Source of the DNA: Ramazzottius varieornatus
Lineage: Eukaryota; Animalia; Tardigrada
Assembly (NCBI GenBank): GCA_001949185.1
Contig: BDGG01000010.1
Location: forward strand, 411,337 to 475,336
Direction of reading: 5' to 3'
Length of the DNA stretch: 64,000 nt
Shown: in pieces, positions 36,521-50,300 of the stretch
Position numbering within the stretch: the first letter of the stretch is position 1
Layout of the letters: each line of letters begins with the position of its first letter
The notes under the pieces: model-generated
Databases searched by the model: none
Told to the model about the DNA's origin: nothing
Seen by the model: the letters and a program-made list of their open reading frames with translations, nothing else
Program-made: the position numbers and the translations under genes

Positions 36521-37103
36521 TAGGGTTGTTAGTATCCAATCCGACATCGGATGGATCCGGATGAATCCGGATAGAAGTTGGATTGGATAGGCATTCTATC
36601 CATCGAGCTGTTAACCGGATAGAGATCCTATCCATCCGGATGGGATCAGCATGAGCAGTCCATCCATCCGGCTTTCTATCCGGATAGAACCAAAACTACT
36701 AACGCGCAATCAAACAGTCCAATACACCAGCGGGTTATCCGACAGAAATTCACAATCTCCCTACAAGCTTGTCTTTTGAGCGTAGTTTTATTCACGCGAT
36801 CTCTGCCTTGTCATTTAAGATTTAATTTTTGAGTATATGCAGACTATGTCGACGGTGGATTATTAAATTGTATTGTCTATGCTGTCCGGCAACACGGCAT
36901 GTCAAAACCTACGAATTTTGATTCGTTGTGTCATCTGTAAGTCTCTAAGCCAATCTTCGAGTTTTTATCCGGATCATCCGGATAGAAGACCCATCCATCG
37001 GCAACCGATTCGGATGGGAGTTCTATCCATCCGACTGCTTTCCGAATCCATCCGGATTGGCATCTGATCTCATCCGGATGACTGTCTGATCCCAACAACC
37101 CCA
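36521..37103. mobile_element. Non-autonomous hAT element, nested in a related element (36471-~37177)
   Basis: Termini TAGGGTTGTT...AACAACCCCA, 8-bp TSD AACGGATG (36513-36520 and 37104-37111), dense ATCC/GGAT subterminal repeats. Confidence 0.8.
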
Positions 37104-37928
37104 AACGGATGGATGAAAAACTTAGTATCCGGATACTATGTGGATGGATAAAAATCTTATCCACATCCAGCTACCTAGATGAAACCATTTTCATTAAGCC
37201 GGTTTGGCGTGCAATCCACCGCTTAAACCAAACCAAACGCTATGGTTGAAATCAATGAAATCATTAACAGTTCTAGTAGCAGGGGCGCGTTGACCCATAG
37301 GGCTGACGAGGCCCAGCCTGCCCCCTTGCCCAGATTTGCAGCATTGTGTGGCTGGGAATTTCGCTGTGAAAGGGGAAGGAAACATAGAAGCCTCGTGAGG
37401 CCGGTCGAAGCTGTCTGAAATTTTCAGGTTTTCGAGCGCTCGAGCAGAGTCTGGACGTTCTTCGGACAATTTTGCAGCTCTCGATGCTCGGTTCAAATAA
37501 AACTGCAGGTTTGGTTTTACACCATTACCGAATGGAAAGTGTGGCACTTGTATACGACGTTTTACACGAAAACGCATAGGTTTCTGTTCAACTGTACCGT
37601 ACATTGTTTTCGAATTTCGCGAGCCTCGTGAGGCTTGGTCGCGATTTCTGCCGGCCTCGAGGCTCAAAAACACGATTTTTCCAGGCTTACATGCTGATCA
37701 GCCTTACGCATCCTCGGGAGCTCCGCGCGCTCCTGCCTAGTGCTACCCCAATGTTTCGAAAGTGTATTGTTTCTTATTTGCAATGGGCGTGACCGGCTTG
37801 TCAGGCTGGCTTGGCAGAGCCAGGCAAACGGAAAATCTCGAATAACGGTTGTGAGATAAAAGGAGACACACCAGCGATGAAAACCAGTTGTTGCACGAAC
37901 ATAAAACAACAAAGCGGAATTCTAATTA

Positions 37929-40662
37929 CGAGGTAGAAGTCATGAGTTTTGCGTATTTTAATTTGGCCTATGAGTTTTGCGTAGTTACGGTTTACGGTGG
38001 CAGCACACGTACGTCTTGCAGTCAGCTGCTATAAGCCGTATGACTTTAGGGTTCGTACAGCAATACCCTTATTGCGGTACGCCATCGGTACCGCGATTTC
38101 ACACATTCAGCTAAAATTCAACAAAACTGTTTGATCGTTAATTTTATCTCGTTGCACGACCGTTGCTGATCGGACATTGGAAGTTAGGACAGGTATTAGG
38201 AAGGATTACGGTGGCGTCTCAACGTTGCCGTGCAGCAGCTTTCTTCGACGGTGACGGCCCTTTCTGTGGAGCACCGTTGCTGCAGTCTTCCTCACCGCTG
38301 CCTTCCGTGGTTTCCTTGTTGGATCTACTGAGATATCTCCCGGCTCCGGAGCCTTTCGTTTCGCAGTCTTCTTTGCGGTAACGTTTGCTTTATCTGCCTT
38401 AACTTTGTCTCGATGTTCTTCCCAAGTCGCTTCGTTAACCAGCGCCCCGGATTCCGTACTGAGGTGTTCGTTCTTGGCACGACGCAGCTTGGTTGGAGCT
38501 GCGCCCATGAGAGTTTTCTGCACAGCGCTGGCCAGTACGACTTCGGGAGTGATACCTCTCTGTTTCAAGAGAGTGAACTCTTTGAAGTCTTGAAGATCGC
38601 TTTCGGACGAGATGTGGTGTTGGCTACGAAGAACTTCGAACAGCGCCGTGAAGTCTTGTGATATCTCTTGAGTGCTCTTTCTGCTATTCGACACGGTGGG
38701 ATCATTATACGACTTCACTGTGCTTCGTATCACATTAGGTGAGAAGGGGTACAGGCCGCACTTCTGAAATCCAGATTTCAGGCAGTCCCCGATGTTAAAG
38801 GCATATTTCTCCGGGCAGCCTTCTAGTCGATACCACAGCTTCACAACGTGAGATAAAAAATTATCTTTCGTAACCTAAAACGAAAAGATTTGTAAAAACA
38901 TGGAGATAATCTAGGCTCCGGAGCCTATCATTCCGTTTGGTGTCAGTCGACGATCACGGAGGTACATTTTGTATTTCTTCTTCACCCCGCCGAAAGCAGA
39001 AGCATACCAAGGTTGCAGATGACTGGTCTGACCAGCTGGTAGGCAGAAGATCGCAACTTTCTTTCCGGTATCCTGGGTGAACTCTTCGCAGTAATACGAA
39101 AGAGTAACGTTGTTGATGTGAGAAAAATGTCCATCGACAAAAATGATGCTCTGCACCATGAAACAAATTATAAGTTAAGAAGAGTTTTCAGGCTTATGAA
39201 CGGATGAGGTCATCTTCAAAATTCGTAGCTGCTCTGGCCATCCACGACCAAATCTGCGTGACATCATGGGCAAACTTGTAATATTACCTTGCCTTCCGTT
39301 AGTGCGGGGAAGACGACCTGCTTCATGTAGTTGGCAAAATGAATCTCGTCCATGTAGCCGAAAGAGTTGACGGCATGATAACACATACCTTCAGTATCAT
39401 CCAGCCGCGAACGGACGTGAACCTTTCCAGCGTAAAGCGCCATAAACTTTAACTGGATTCCAGCAGCGTTCCCACAAGGCAGAATGGTCACACATTCCTT
39501 CTCAGTTCCATCATACAGTGACGGAATCTGTCGTGCTCCTTTCCTGGCTATTACTCTGTCGTACATCTCCGCTGTGTCGAAATCCGTCTCGTCGAGATTC
39601 CAGACTTGTTCTGCACGTTCGAAATACCCTTCGTCGTGCAGCTTCTGCAACTTGGCGATGTACTCCTCGCACCGTTCCATCGTCCATTCACGAGCTTTCT
39701 TCCGGTTAGATGCGTGTGTGACACGTATCGACAGTTCAGCATGTCTTTTCAGGAAACGACGAACATATTTGTCGTCAAACTTAGTGTTGGTTAAACCTGT
39801 GGAGCAAGTCCAGACCAACATCAGAATACATTATGCATGCGATCCCGGGATCTTAATGTGAATGCCACTATGAAAACTCACCGAGCTTCGTTGCCACGTG
39901 CGAGAACAATCCAATGCAGTGATTTCGATTAAGAGGAATTGCTTCGTCGCAGCATGAGATCAGAAAGTTTGCAAGACTTCGTTCTTGCCACGGAGGAAAC
40001 TTCTGCTGCCCACCAGATGACTTTGAGTGTCGACCGAGTATTCTGTGCCGCAAGGTTTCGCGACAGATTCCGTGCTGCTTTGCTGCGGCGTACATTGTTA
40101 TCCCTCCTTCCTTCACTGCACGAACAGCATCGTCCATGCTCAACTGCTTGCTAACCTAAGAGACTGTGAGGAGTTTGAAGGAAGCCATGTTTAAGGGCCT
40201 GGAGTAAGAATTCAGAAGACGATCCTTTATGAAATTTGGCCTCGCGGTATTAGCTGGCAGCTGTCTACTGACCATGCGCCGGAAGTACGTCATGTAAGCC
40301 GCATACCAGCGCTATACAGCTTATGGCTTCGTTCACACTCAAAAACCAGCTTCGTGACGTGTATCCGCGGCTGACGTAGACGTCATTGCTTTATCGAAAC
40401 CTGCTACTTGAGCGCCTCTGGCGGCCTTGATACTTTTGAATTCGTAGGCTCTTTAACATGGGAGCAACCCTCCTTCCGGTCGAGCATCGTATATCTGAAC
40501 TACCTGCTCCCAAACGTTTGATACCGTAATAGCGAGGCAGACCATGAATGATTGTACCATTCTATCCAGAAACAACGTTTGATCTGCCACTGGTTATTGT
40601 TGTATGAATTACAGAACTCATGACCCAAAAATAAATACGCAAAATTCATGCCCTCTACCTCG
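37929..40662 (-). mobile_element. pogo/Fot1-like DNA transposon with TIRs, TA target duplication and an intron-containing, probably defective transposase (~38206-40188)
   Basis: TA|CGAGGTAGAAGTCATGAGTTTTGCGTATTT ... AAATACGCAAAATTCATGCCCTCTACCTCG|TA. HTH_psq-like AAKQHGICRETLRHR, DDE_1 motifs VWNLDET, IFVDGHFSH, LPAGQTSHLQP. Confidence 0.9.
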
Positions 40663-40840
40663 TACACAAAAGGTTAACTAAACAAATTCTTCATACGATA
40701 TACGATATTAGAAATGGCACCCTAGGAATGACCGCTAGTGCAGGACCTGCAGGTCTGCCGGAAGTAGGATTTCCCAGTCTCTCCTTGGGCGATGTGGGGA
40801 TTGAACTTTACGTCCAATTTTCGGCCTGGTTGGCTGGTTC

Positions 40841-41313
40841 TAATGATGAGCATTACATTTCACACTACACTACATTTTACATTACAATTACACTTTTACA
40901 CGACATTACAACCGCCGGGAAGTTGTAATGTAAATTCGAAATGTAATTACACGTTTTACAAGCCGAAAATCTGTGGTATGTTTGAGCGTTTTGCCGCGTA
41001 AAATCTAAACTCGGCTGATTGACGTAGGACAATTGTGAAAAACTTCGTCAGTATGGCCATTTTGTAAGCTTATGTCTATTGCAACCCGTATTTTCATCGA
41101 TTTCTGGAAAACGATTGCACAGAACTATGCTTTGTGCAAACGCACTAGTTGTTGGTCTGACATTTTACTCGCTCTATATCACTTTTATACGTTAAAAACT
41201 GCTCGGTTTGTAAAATGCAAACTGGTGTAAAATGTAATTACAATTTTACAATTACACCATTTTACATCACTATTAACTTTACACGGACCATCTGCGTGTA
41301 CTGCTCATCACTA
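40841..41313. mobile_element. Non-autonomous hAT element with TTACA/TGTAA subterminal repeats
   Basis: Termini TAATGATGAGCA...TGCTCATCACTA, perfect 8-bp TSD GCTGGTTC (40833-40840 and 41314-41321). Confidence 0.85.
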
Positions 41314-41789
41314 GCTGGTTCAGCGGTGGAAGGGTGATCTATCCAGCCTAATATCGAGAATCACAGAACTGCCACCTCCGACCTGCCACGAACCGGTACA
41401 ACGGGCCGTTTCTGTTTTCAGTGCGCGAGTTTTACCTCTACTGCACAGAAACCTGGTGTTCGAACGACATTCGGAACGGTATTTTTCGTATGAAAAATAT
41501 TGATCGACTGATTGCCGGTCCAAAGTTGGGCTGCGCTTGAGGTTGCGAAGCCGTTTCGTGTTCTGAATGATTCAGTGAATAAATATAAAGTTTGCGACGA
41601 CAGGTCAGGTCTCATGAAAAGCCGGTCTCATCTTACGGTCTCACGTTTCGCTGAACTGTTGGCCAGCTTGAACGCTGTGAACCGTCGCTATTGGCCGACC
41701 CGGAATCCGAGACCCAAATTCTGAGATCAGGCCTGGTTTCCGAGACCATTCCTTGGTTTATAACTTTCGTGCTAATTTACGGAAATACC

Positions 41790-43600
41790 AGACCATACAT
41801 ATGACACCCGGGAAATAGAACGCTACAAGGGCGGTGGTTGGCTTCTTAGAATGGCGCGAGGTAGACGAATTAAATTTTCACGCCGCGATTCTTACTTTTG
41901 TGGAACGCTTCCCCAGCATCAAACGTAGTGGAGTTTTTTGTCCAATAATACTTCCCACAGATAAAGGAAGGATGGATAATTCTGCTCTTCAGCTCCTTTG
42001 TGATGCTGCATTGGCATAAGAATGGCCAACGGAAGTCTTGCAGGATGACGCGGTAATTCGGAGCAATTCCCTTCTCAGCAAGCTCCCACAAAGATATCCA
42101 GCCTACTTTTCACCTCAATGACACCAGAGACAGCCACAAGCTGCATGTGCACCTTGGACTCAGCGGGGCTTGGATTTCCAGCCGTTCAGTTGCGTATCCC
42201 GTTACAAGATGAAGGGTAGTCCACTTTCCCGCAAGTGACAGCAAAATCTTCCAAGCCTGGCTATCCGGCTCGGTCGCCATCCAGTGCCAGTGTTAAGAAG
42301 GCTGGACGTTCCCGCTAAGAAATGGATAAAGATTTCCCGCCGAAACGATCCAGAGCAGACATCTCGTATGACAAGCTTCTCGCCATCAACAAAGTGAATC
42401 TCTTCCAGTTTCCTTTAAGATCGGCGTACAGCCAAGCCTGGAAGAATGCTCTACAGCTTTTCATGAAAAGCGGCAACCAGTCGTTTATGGACACTACCGA
42501 GGAGCAGCAAGAGAAGAATGAAGACGAAATCCACAACATGCAGTGCCTTGTGACAACTAAAATTCGGGAATTTCGAAAGAGACATCCCAAAGTTCCGCCA
42601 TCGGGTATCTTGAACTTAGCTTTATGAGTCAACTGAGCGGCCAAAGCTGAAAACCCGTAGCTGGTCGTGTGGGAGGTGTCAGAAATTCTTCTCATACGCT
42701 TGTCTAATTTCGCTGCTATCTGAGCCAGATATCCAGGCCTGGATGCGCTAGCTTTGGCCAGAATGGTTGACTTTGCGGGCTGATTTCTGGCTCTAGCACC
42801 AGGCGACCCGCAAGAAGAAGTGGAGCTATCTGAGAAGGATTGCCTGGTAGAGGCTTTGGAAGAAGAGAAAGATACATAACCCGCAGCCCCAGCGAAGTGG
42901 AGAGTTATGAAGAAAACCACCGGTGCTGTGTATCGAGACGCTGCCCTTAGAATGGTGACTGGGCAGAGAACAAGGGACGCAGTTTTTTCCATCGGCGGCA
43001 ATGAGGATTCGGACACGGTCGCCTTGGCTAGCCAGGCTGATACCAGTGAGTTTCTGTGTAGCAGAATTTCGAACCGGATTTCTGCTCAGATGCCTTTCTT
43101 CTACAGGCTCATTCCAGAAAAACGGAAAACATACTCACGATGCCACCGGTGAGGAAGTCACGGGTAAGCGGGGTCAGGTTAACGTTGATTACGTTTGGAT
43201 GAGATTGCGTATTAGTACGAGACTAGGTTCACCGTAGAAGCGGCTGACCGGAGTTACACGAGGCCAGAACACTCCTGCCCAGGCGTCCACGCATACGATG
43301 CACAATGCCGAGCGTAGAGAAAGTCGATGCCACAGACGGCATCGACGCCGAGTCGTCAAAGTCCATTTCGATGGTGGTAACCATGATTCGACAGGCTTTT
43401 CCGGCGAAGGACACGAGGTGGACTGAACAGCAGGGGTGCTGTGAGGGAGGCGATGCGGCTCTTCCGAAGCTTGTACGTATGTACTTGGTGACCAGAAAGC
43501 TGTAACACTTCACAGGAATAAACTGCAGCTTTAGTCATCCAGATGAAGTAAACTGGGTGAAGCTTTATGAGAGCTCCAGCAGAGGTTCAAGTTTCGCTTG
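41790..43600 (+). pseudogene. Decayed coding-like sequence of unknown family (stops and frameshifts)
   Basis: A protein-like + frame continues through scattered stops from 42322 to ~43070; the antisense frame is open for 233 codons; AT content is not intron-like. Confidence 0.35.
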
Positions 43601-44320
43601 CGGTTGGTACACCAAACATTGCGATATGAGAGTGTCCAAAAGATGAGACAGCGAAATGAGACTTTTCGCACGCAGCAGTAATGACGACACTATGAACTCT
43701 CATGAAGCTTGATTGGGGCGGAGTTGACTTGTCCAAATCTGATAGTGAAAACTGAGAGTCGCAATATGAGGGCAGTTTATGAGACCAGACCTGTCCTCGC
43801 AAACTCTATAATCACCCGTCCACCGCTAGGCTGGCTGGTTGTTCAGGCTGATCGGAATTTTACGACTTTGACGATGCTCCCTCCTTGACTTCTTCGCTAC
43901 AGCGGACAGCAAAGATGCTATTTTGAGCTCAGCTATATTTACACAGGTCTCGTCAGCACTGGCGAAGTAGCTACCGAGGCATAGTATTCTATCCGGCGTC
44001 AAGAAGCAACCAGGGAAATTGTCTGGCAAGGCAAGGTTGATCGCATTTGCGGCTGACGACATCCGCACTGTTACAACACCAACAAGGTTTGCACGTGCCC
44101 CACTACCTGCTCCTGATCTACGCATAATTTTACTCCATTTTGCATCCATAAGTTCTGGACGTCGAGGTAAGCTGAAGGCGTAGCTGATCTGCGGTAAACT
44201 TGTGCGAGAGGGAAAAGGGTGATAAGGAAAAACAGCTGATGTCCGATCATCCGTGTTGTTTTTCACTAGACGTTCGAAACCCTCGGCAAGCGCGGAGAAA
44301 CTTTGACGGAATTTTGATCG

Positions 44321-47300
44321 ATGGTTGCATCCCAGATGACGCCGGCTTTAGTGGAGGAAGGTCAAGTTCAGGCAACTGCCAAGTCTACAGGAAACAGTGG
44401 AGCTGCAGCCGGTTGCGCAATCGTATCTGGTGTGTTACCATTGCTTGCGCTTGACATCACGATTAATGGCTGGCCGGAGCGTTTGTCGGCACTCATCTCG
44501 CACTGATGATGACGCAATGCGCGCTTATGCTGACAATTAGACGTGTCTGGCTTTAGTGCCTTTTCAGCGCGCTTGTTGTACATGCTAGACTTCTTTTTAC
44601 CCTACCACATGCTCGTTACCACTGGGGATGTTTCCAGGTGGATCGAAGGCTGGTAATGGGCACGTAAAGCACGGCAAGAAGGACAAGATGACCGTAGCAT
44701 CGGCTGCTCCCGCGGAGATGGTCGGACAAACTCCCGCCACAGAAGCTGAGGCCAATGGTCAGGCTCCTCTACCCACAACTCAGGACCTTCGCGACATCTC
44801 ACAGTTCCTTCCTCTGTATGTGATACCACTGTCCAATCTGGAGAACTTGGCGGCCCTGAATAGCGCGCGGTTCGCGGGATCCGGTGATGGATTAAATGGT
44901 ACTACGGTAGTGAATGGGACCAACGGGGAAGCTGCAGATGCAGCTGGCGTCAAAGCGGACAGAGCGATCACAATCAACATCGTGGTCCCACAGTCGGGCA
45001 ACGAGGATGCCTTCCAAATGCCGGTACACTAATTTTTTGAAAATTGAAGCCGGAGTGGACGTTGGTTAAGATATTTTTGGGTTGCAGATCAGCACCGGTG
45101 ATTTGGTCCACGAAATTCGGCTGGTGCTCAGCGATCGCGAATCCACTTGCCATCGAACTTGTTACTCTTTACAAGTTGATGGAACCGCCATCGATCTCTT
45201 TGCCGAAATCAAGCAGTATGAGCAGATCAAAGATGGATGCACTGTTCGTCTGGTCGATGGTAAGAACAGACAGGGAAGTAATGTGGCTGGTTATGTACGT
45301 CAGGTTTTCCCGAATGGAAAAACCGATGGCAGCATGACTCGTCCATTAGATAGAAACTAGCCGGCCTGCTCGAATCAGTTCTTTCGGAACCGATCTGTAC
45401 TAAAAAGATAGAAATCGAAATTCTTGAACTGAAATTCCTACTTAAACTGAAAAATTCCGAAATGGGCAGAAACTCAGCATACAAGCCTGTTTTGAGGAGT
45501 GGCGCAGGTATTTGGTAGCATTGACCTTATTGACTGGAAGCGTGCGCCACTAGGAAAACGTTCATATTGAATTTGTTTGCCTGGATCCAAAATGAGATTA
45601 CTAAAAACGTGAACAAGGAAAATCGTCCGAATTTAATCGTAGGGTGTTGCCTGCTTATTTATGACAGGTGTTTGTTTGGTTACAGAACCATATACGCCGC
45701 TGGAAGTACGGCGTCACGTCCGACAGTTTCTGGACTTGCAGAACCCTTTGGACAACGAAAACGCTTGTCGCTCGGAAGAAGGCCAAGCACCTTCCTTCTT
45801 GATTCCTGCCAGCTTTGAAACCGAAAATATCCGTAAGCCCTTCGTGCATTGCACTCGTAATTACTGGCGAAATTACGAGCGAATAATTCCTTTTTCCTGC
45901 TTCAGAGGTTCGACATGGGGCCATCGACAATCCAGCAGTCTTTGATCCACCCGAATACTGTCGACCCGACGTCAGCGAGGTTTCTCTGGCACATTTGGTC
46001 CCCAGTCTGGACGACAAGGACTGCAAGTGCCTGAAGCGCTTCGAACCGTCAGGGTGGAACCCGCCACATGGTAATCGTCGCTTGAAGGGCGACTTGTACT
46101 ATTACTCGGTCGAGACCATGGAAGAACGAAAGTTCCACATTACCGCCGCAGTCGCTGGCTTCTTCATCAACAAGTACGCCTTTCTCCTTTTTTTCAAGTC
46201 GAGCACTTGGCTATTGCAGCTTGCGATTTCAGGTCGACAAGCACAGAATTCAACTCGGAACCGGAGACTAAAGCAGTCTATCAGACGCTGGTGGACTTGC
46301 TACGCGATATCAGTCCTGGTTTCAAGAGAAATTACAATAACCTGATCAAGAAACGTTTCAAGTGAGTTAGTTTACAATAATTCTGTCCAACCTTGACCGA
46401 AGGGCTTATGGACGTTTTTACGTAGGACGGCTTTGACGCCCTTCGCTCGTGTGGCTTTAAGTCGGCCGAATTACCTCTGGGTTCTTCCTCGTTCGAAACC
46501 GACGTGGGATCTGTTCCGCTGGGAAGACTGTAAGATTGACTGTCACTCTGAACTCAGCAAACAGCTCGACCAGAACGTTTTCCGAAGTGGCGGAGGGTTT
46601 CGGTGGAAGTAGCTGGACGCATGTGCCACTTAGAAAAAACGTTGTGGTCGAGTGTGTTTGAGGAGCTCCCAATTCATACTTGCTATTGGAACGAAGCGTC
46701 CTCTTTAAACCCCTCACTTTCTTTTCACAGCGCTGCCGCAGTCCGAACTCTTCTGTTCGAAAGGATACGAGGACGTGATACCTTTTCAGTGTCGCGACTG
46801 GAACGAGGAACTGCAGACTTTCCGCGACTTGCCGCACTCGACTACGCAGGAAGCCAATCAGCGCGAGCGCTCTTTGATGAGGGTAAGTAATTCAGTGAGC
46901 TTGCTGGTGGGGTTGATGAGGCCACAAGTTGTTTATAACAGTGATTCACTGATCTTTTGTTGTGGTTTCAGACGCAGTTCGATTTCATTCAAATGGCCGT
47001 TCGAGGTGCCCGTGGTGTGGTGGATGGGAACATCTCGCCTATTAATCCAGCTGATGATTACCGCAGTCAACTCTTCATATGGAACAACATCTTCTTCAGC
47101 CTGGGCTTCGACGTGAAGGACCACTTCAAGGACTTGGGCGGTGATGCAGCTGCTCACGCTGCGCCGGTAAGCTCTTACTATTCGAAAATCTGTCATTCAA
47201 CTCGACTGTTTTTAACAAGATACTCTTTTATGTTGCAGAATAACGATCTACTTGGCTTGAAGTTTCTGACGTTCTTGCCCAACGACGAGAAGCTGTACAC

Positions 47301-50300
47301 GCTGGGAACCGCCGTGGTGGACTACCGCGGATACCGCGTTACTGCACAAACTATCATACCAGGTAAGGTGACTGTAGAAAATTGTCGTTTTTGTACGTCG
47401 TATAAGCGGCGATAAGCCTACGATGTGAACGAAAATCCGTGCTGAAAATGAAAGTTTTTGGGGATAAAATAACATTGTGGGTTTTGGGTCCTTCGCAGGT
47501 ATTCTCGAGAGAGAGCAGGAAAATGCAGTGCAGTATGGTTCGGTGGACTTTGGTAAGACAGTGCAGTGGGACGACGAGTTTGGAAAACGACTCGTTAGCG
47601 TCGCTAAGTGGTTTCACATTGACGGCCATGATATCGCCAACCACGATGAGAAAACACTGCATTTGCTCAGCTCGGTTGAACTCAAGGTTGGTCGCATGCT
47701 ATAATCATCTCTAAACGTTTCTGTTTACCATCAGAAATTTTCTGCAAAGTTATCTTGTTATCAATGTTGGTTCTTCCTATGAAAAGTAAATACTGAATTT
47801 CGTAGGGTATCATTGGAAATGATAAGCGACATTACATCCTCGACTTAATTCGCATGTTCCCACCCGATGTTAACTTTCTCGAAGACACTGGTAAGATTCT
47901 TTCCTCCACAAATACTCAAAAGGTGTCCTTTCAAACTTGTGAAGGTCTCAGTAATAGAAAGCTCCGTATTGCAGTTTCGAAAAGCGATGTGAGCGCCGTC
48001 GCTCAGCAAGAAGGCTTTCCCCGGAAGTTCCCACACAAACTCGTACTCTTCCGACCGGAGCTGGTCGACTCATACCTTATGTAACTCCAAGTTTACCGTT
48101 GATTTCTGGACGATAACTTATCGAGATTGCTATATTTTCTTATTCTCACAGTCAAAAGCAAGATGAGTTTGAGATCGCCTTCGAGAAAGGCGAGAAGGAG
48201 ACTGCACAGAACCTCCGGATGAACAATGAAGACAAGGTACTGAGTTCACAATCTAAATAACGTATGAAGTTGTTGAATGTAAGAAGGAGATATCAAGAAG
48301 GTTTTTTGTGACTGTAGAAGCAAGTGGATGGGAAGGTCGAAGGTGATGGGAATACTCTCGTTGACATCAGAAGTGAGGGTATCAAAGAACGCTTGAGCCA
48401 GCTGGCCAAAGTCTTCGGTTCTTCCGTAGAAGACGACCTGGACATTCGCTTTAACCCGGACATCTTCAGTGCCAGCGTCAAGCATGTCGACAGTGAAGGA
48501 GCCAAATGCCAGCAGCAGAAGCAGCAGATTATCCAGCTGGGCGACTTCCTGCTGACTCGACAGATTCCGGCCTTTATGAACGAACTGAAGCATGTCAATT
48601 ACGACCCGACCTTGTCGGAAGGTATTTTGATTAGGCTGAGAAACAACTATGGCATCAATGTTCGGTACATGGGGTATATTGCGAAAAAGATGGAAGGCAT
48701 GGCGGAACTCTCGTATCCATACACAGTCATTGTTGGTAAGACAAACTAAGAGTTGAAATGGAACTTGGGCAAGTTTAAGTGGCGCGCGCTTCCAACTAAT
48801 CACACGGTGTGCACCACTTAGAGAAACCGTACAACATCTTTGTCGAAGTCACGCACGTCTCCGGCCAATTACAGTAATGACGTGCGCCACTTGGGGAAAC
48901 AGTCTTGTCGAATTTGTTTGCCAACCTCCTAATGTTCTTGTTTACTTTTCCGATAATACATTCTTATGGTCTTCGGTAGGTGAGCTGATCGTTCGCTCGG
49001 GGAAGCACTTGTTCCGTCACTTCGCACAGGCCGTTGGTCAGCAGAATATGGCGGCTGCCGTCAGCCACTTCTTGAATTGCTTGATGGGTTCCTTCTCGAA
49101 TCCTCAAGCTCCGACTCCGCAGAGCCTGGTAAAATTGTGCCTGGTTTTGTGGACTGTGAATGTGACCTTGTCGGCGATCAATGTATGTTGAGGGATTTCT
49201 GTTGTAGGCTAATACACAACTGCGGAAGAAGAAGGGAAAGAAGCAAGCTTCTGATGCTCATCGTCAGCGTAAGTTTTTCCGCTGCTCGTTATTTTTTCCT
49301 CAAAAACTGGATATTCCCTCGAGAATGAGGGTTTGGGCGTTTGACTTTGTAGAGTCTGTCGATTACGTCACTATGACGCCGAAATCGTTGTGGAATCAGT
49401 TGAAGAATGATTTGCACGAGCATTACGGCTTCGAACTCGAAGGGTACGTTTTCACGATACATGCTCTCACTGCTCTGTAGACAATAAAATAACGAAATCT
49501 TTCTTTCGGTTTGCAGAGACTCGATCGATGCAGTCCTTACTACATACAATCTCCGTCGAAACTACCTTCTTCGACAATTTTGCCGTAAAGTCGGCATTCA
49601 GATTGTGCAGCGAGACTACAATCTGAGTAACAAGCGAAGCCAGCCTTTCACCGAAGATGATATCGTTAACTTGTTCCCGATTGTCAAATGCGTCAGCCCA
49701 CTGGTGAGAAGTTACTACTTCGAGGAGATCTCCCATTTCTTTGTGCATATGTTTTTGTCTCTTTCTCTAGTTGAAGATTATTCACGAAGCGAGAAGCCTT
49801 TCGGCTTCGGCGCTGAAGAACGGCAACATGCGAGCGGCCTTGGACATTCTGTCGGACTGCTTGTCCAGCCAGAGCGTCATTCAAGGCGGTATCAGCTCGG
49901 AGCTTGCGCTGCTGTATTTCGAGACAGCCCAACTGCACTACCTCTCCGAAGAAGTTCCATTCGTAAGTGGCAAATTTTCAATCTGGAAAAACAACCCTAG
50001 GAAAACTACAGAACGATATTTAACGAACTGTCTTCTTTCAGGCTGTGTTGGAAATGGAGAAAGCCCTCATATGCGCCGAACGGGCGCGAGGTCTCGACGA
50101 TGAAACTACTTTCCAGTACACACTTGTCCTCGTAAGCGCCAGAAGAAATCCGTACTTGTCTCATGATTTTTTTAGAGTTTTTGAGACGTCGGCAAACAAA
50201 CCACACTGTTTTCCCTCGATAGTTCTGCGAATCACGTCACTGTCGCGGTGGAAATCACCCGGCGGGGAACAGAATTATATCAATAGCTTCAATCAAAGAT

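Noticed and set aside
36480-37170. ATCC/GGAT repeats as a CRISPR-like or satellite array
   Set aside because: No constant repeat-spacer periodicity; explained as subterminal repeats of a hAT element with TIR and 8-bp TSD.
37290-37830. GAGGC/GCCTC-rich segment starting TAGGGCTG as another hAT element
   Set aside because: A matching right TIR and TSD could not be identified, so boundaries are unsupported.
42315-43016. 233 aa minus-strand ORF as a real gene
   Set aside because: S/A/F-rich composition with no recognisable motif; more likely the antisense shadow of the decayed + strand coding sequence.
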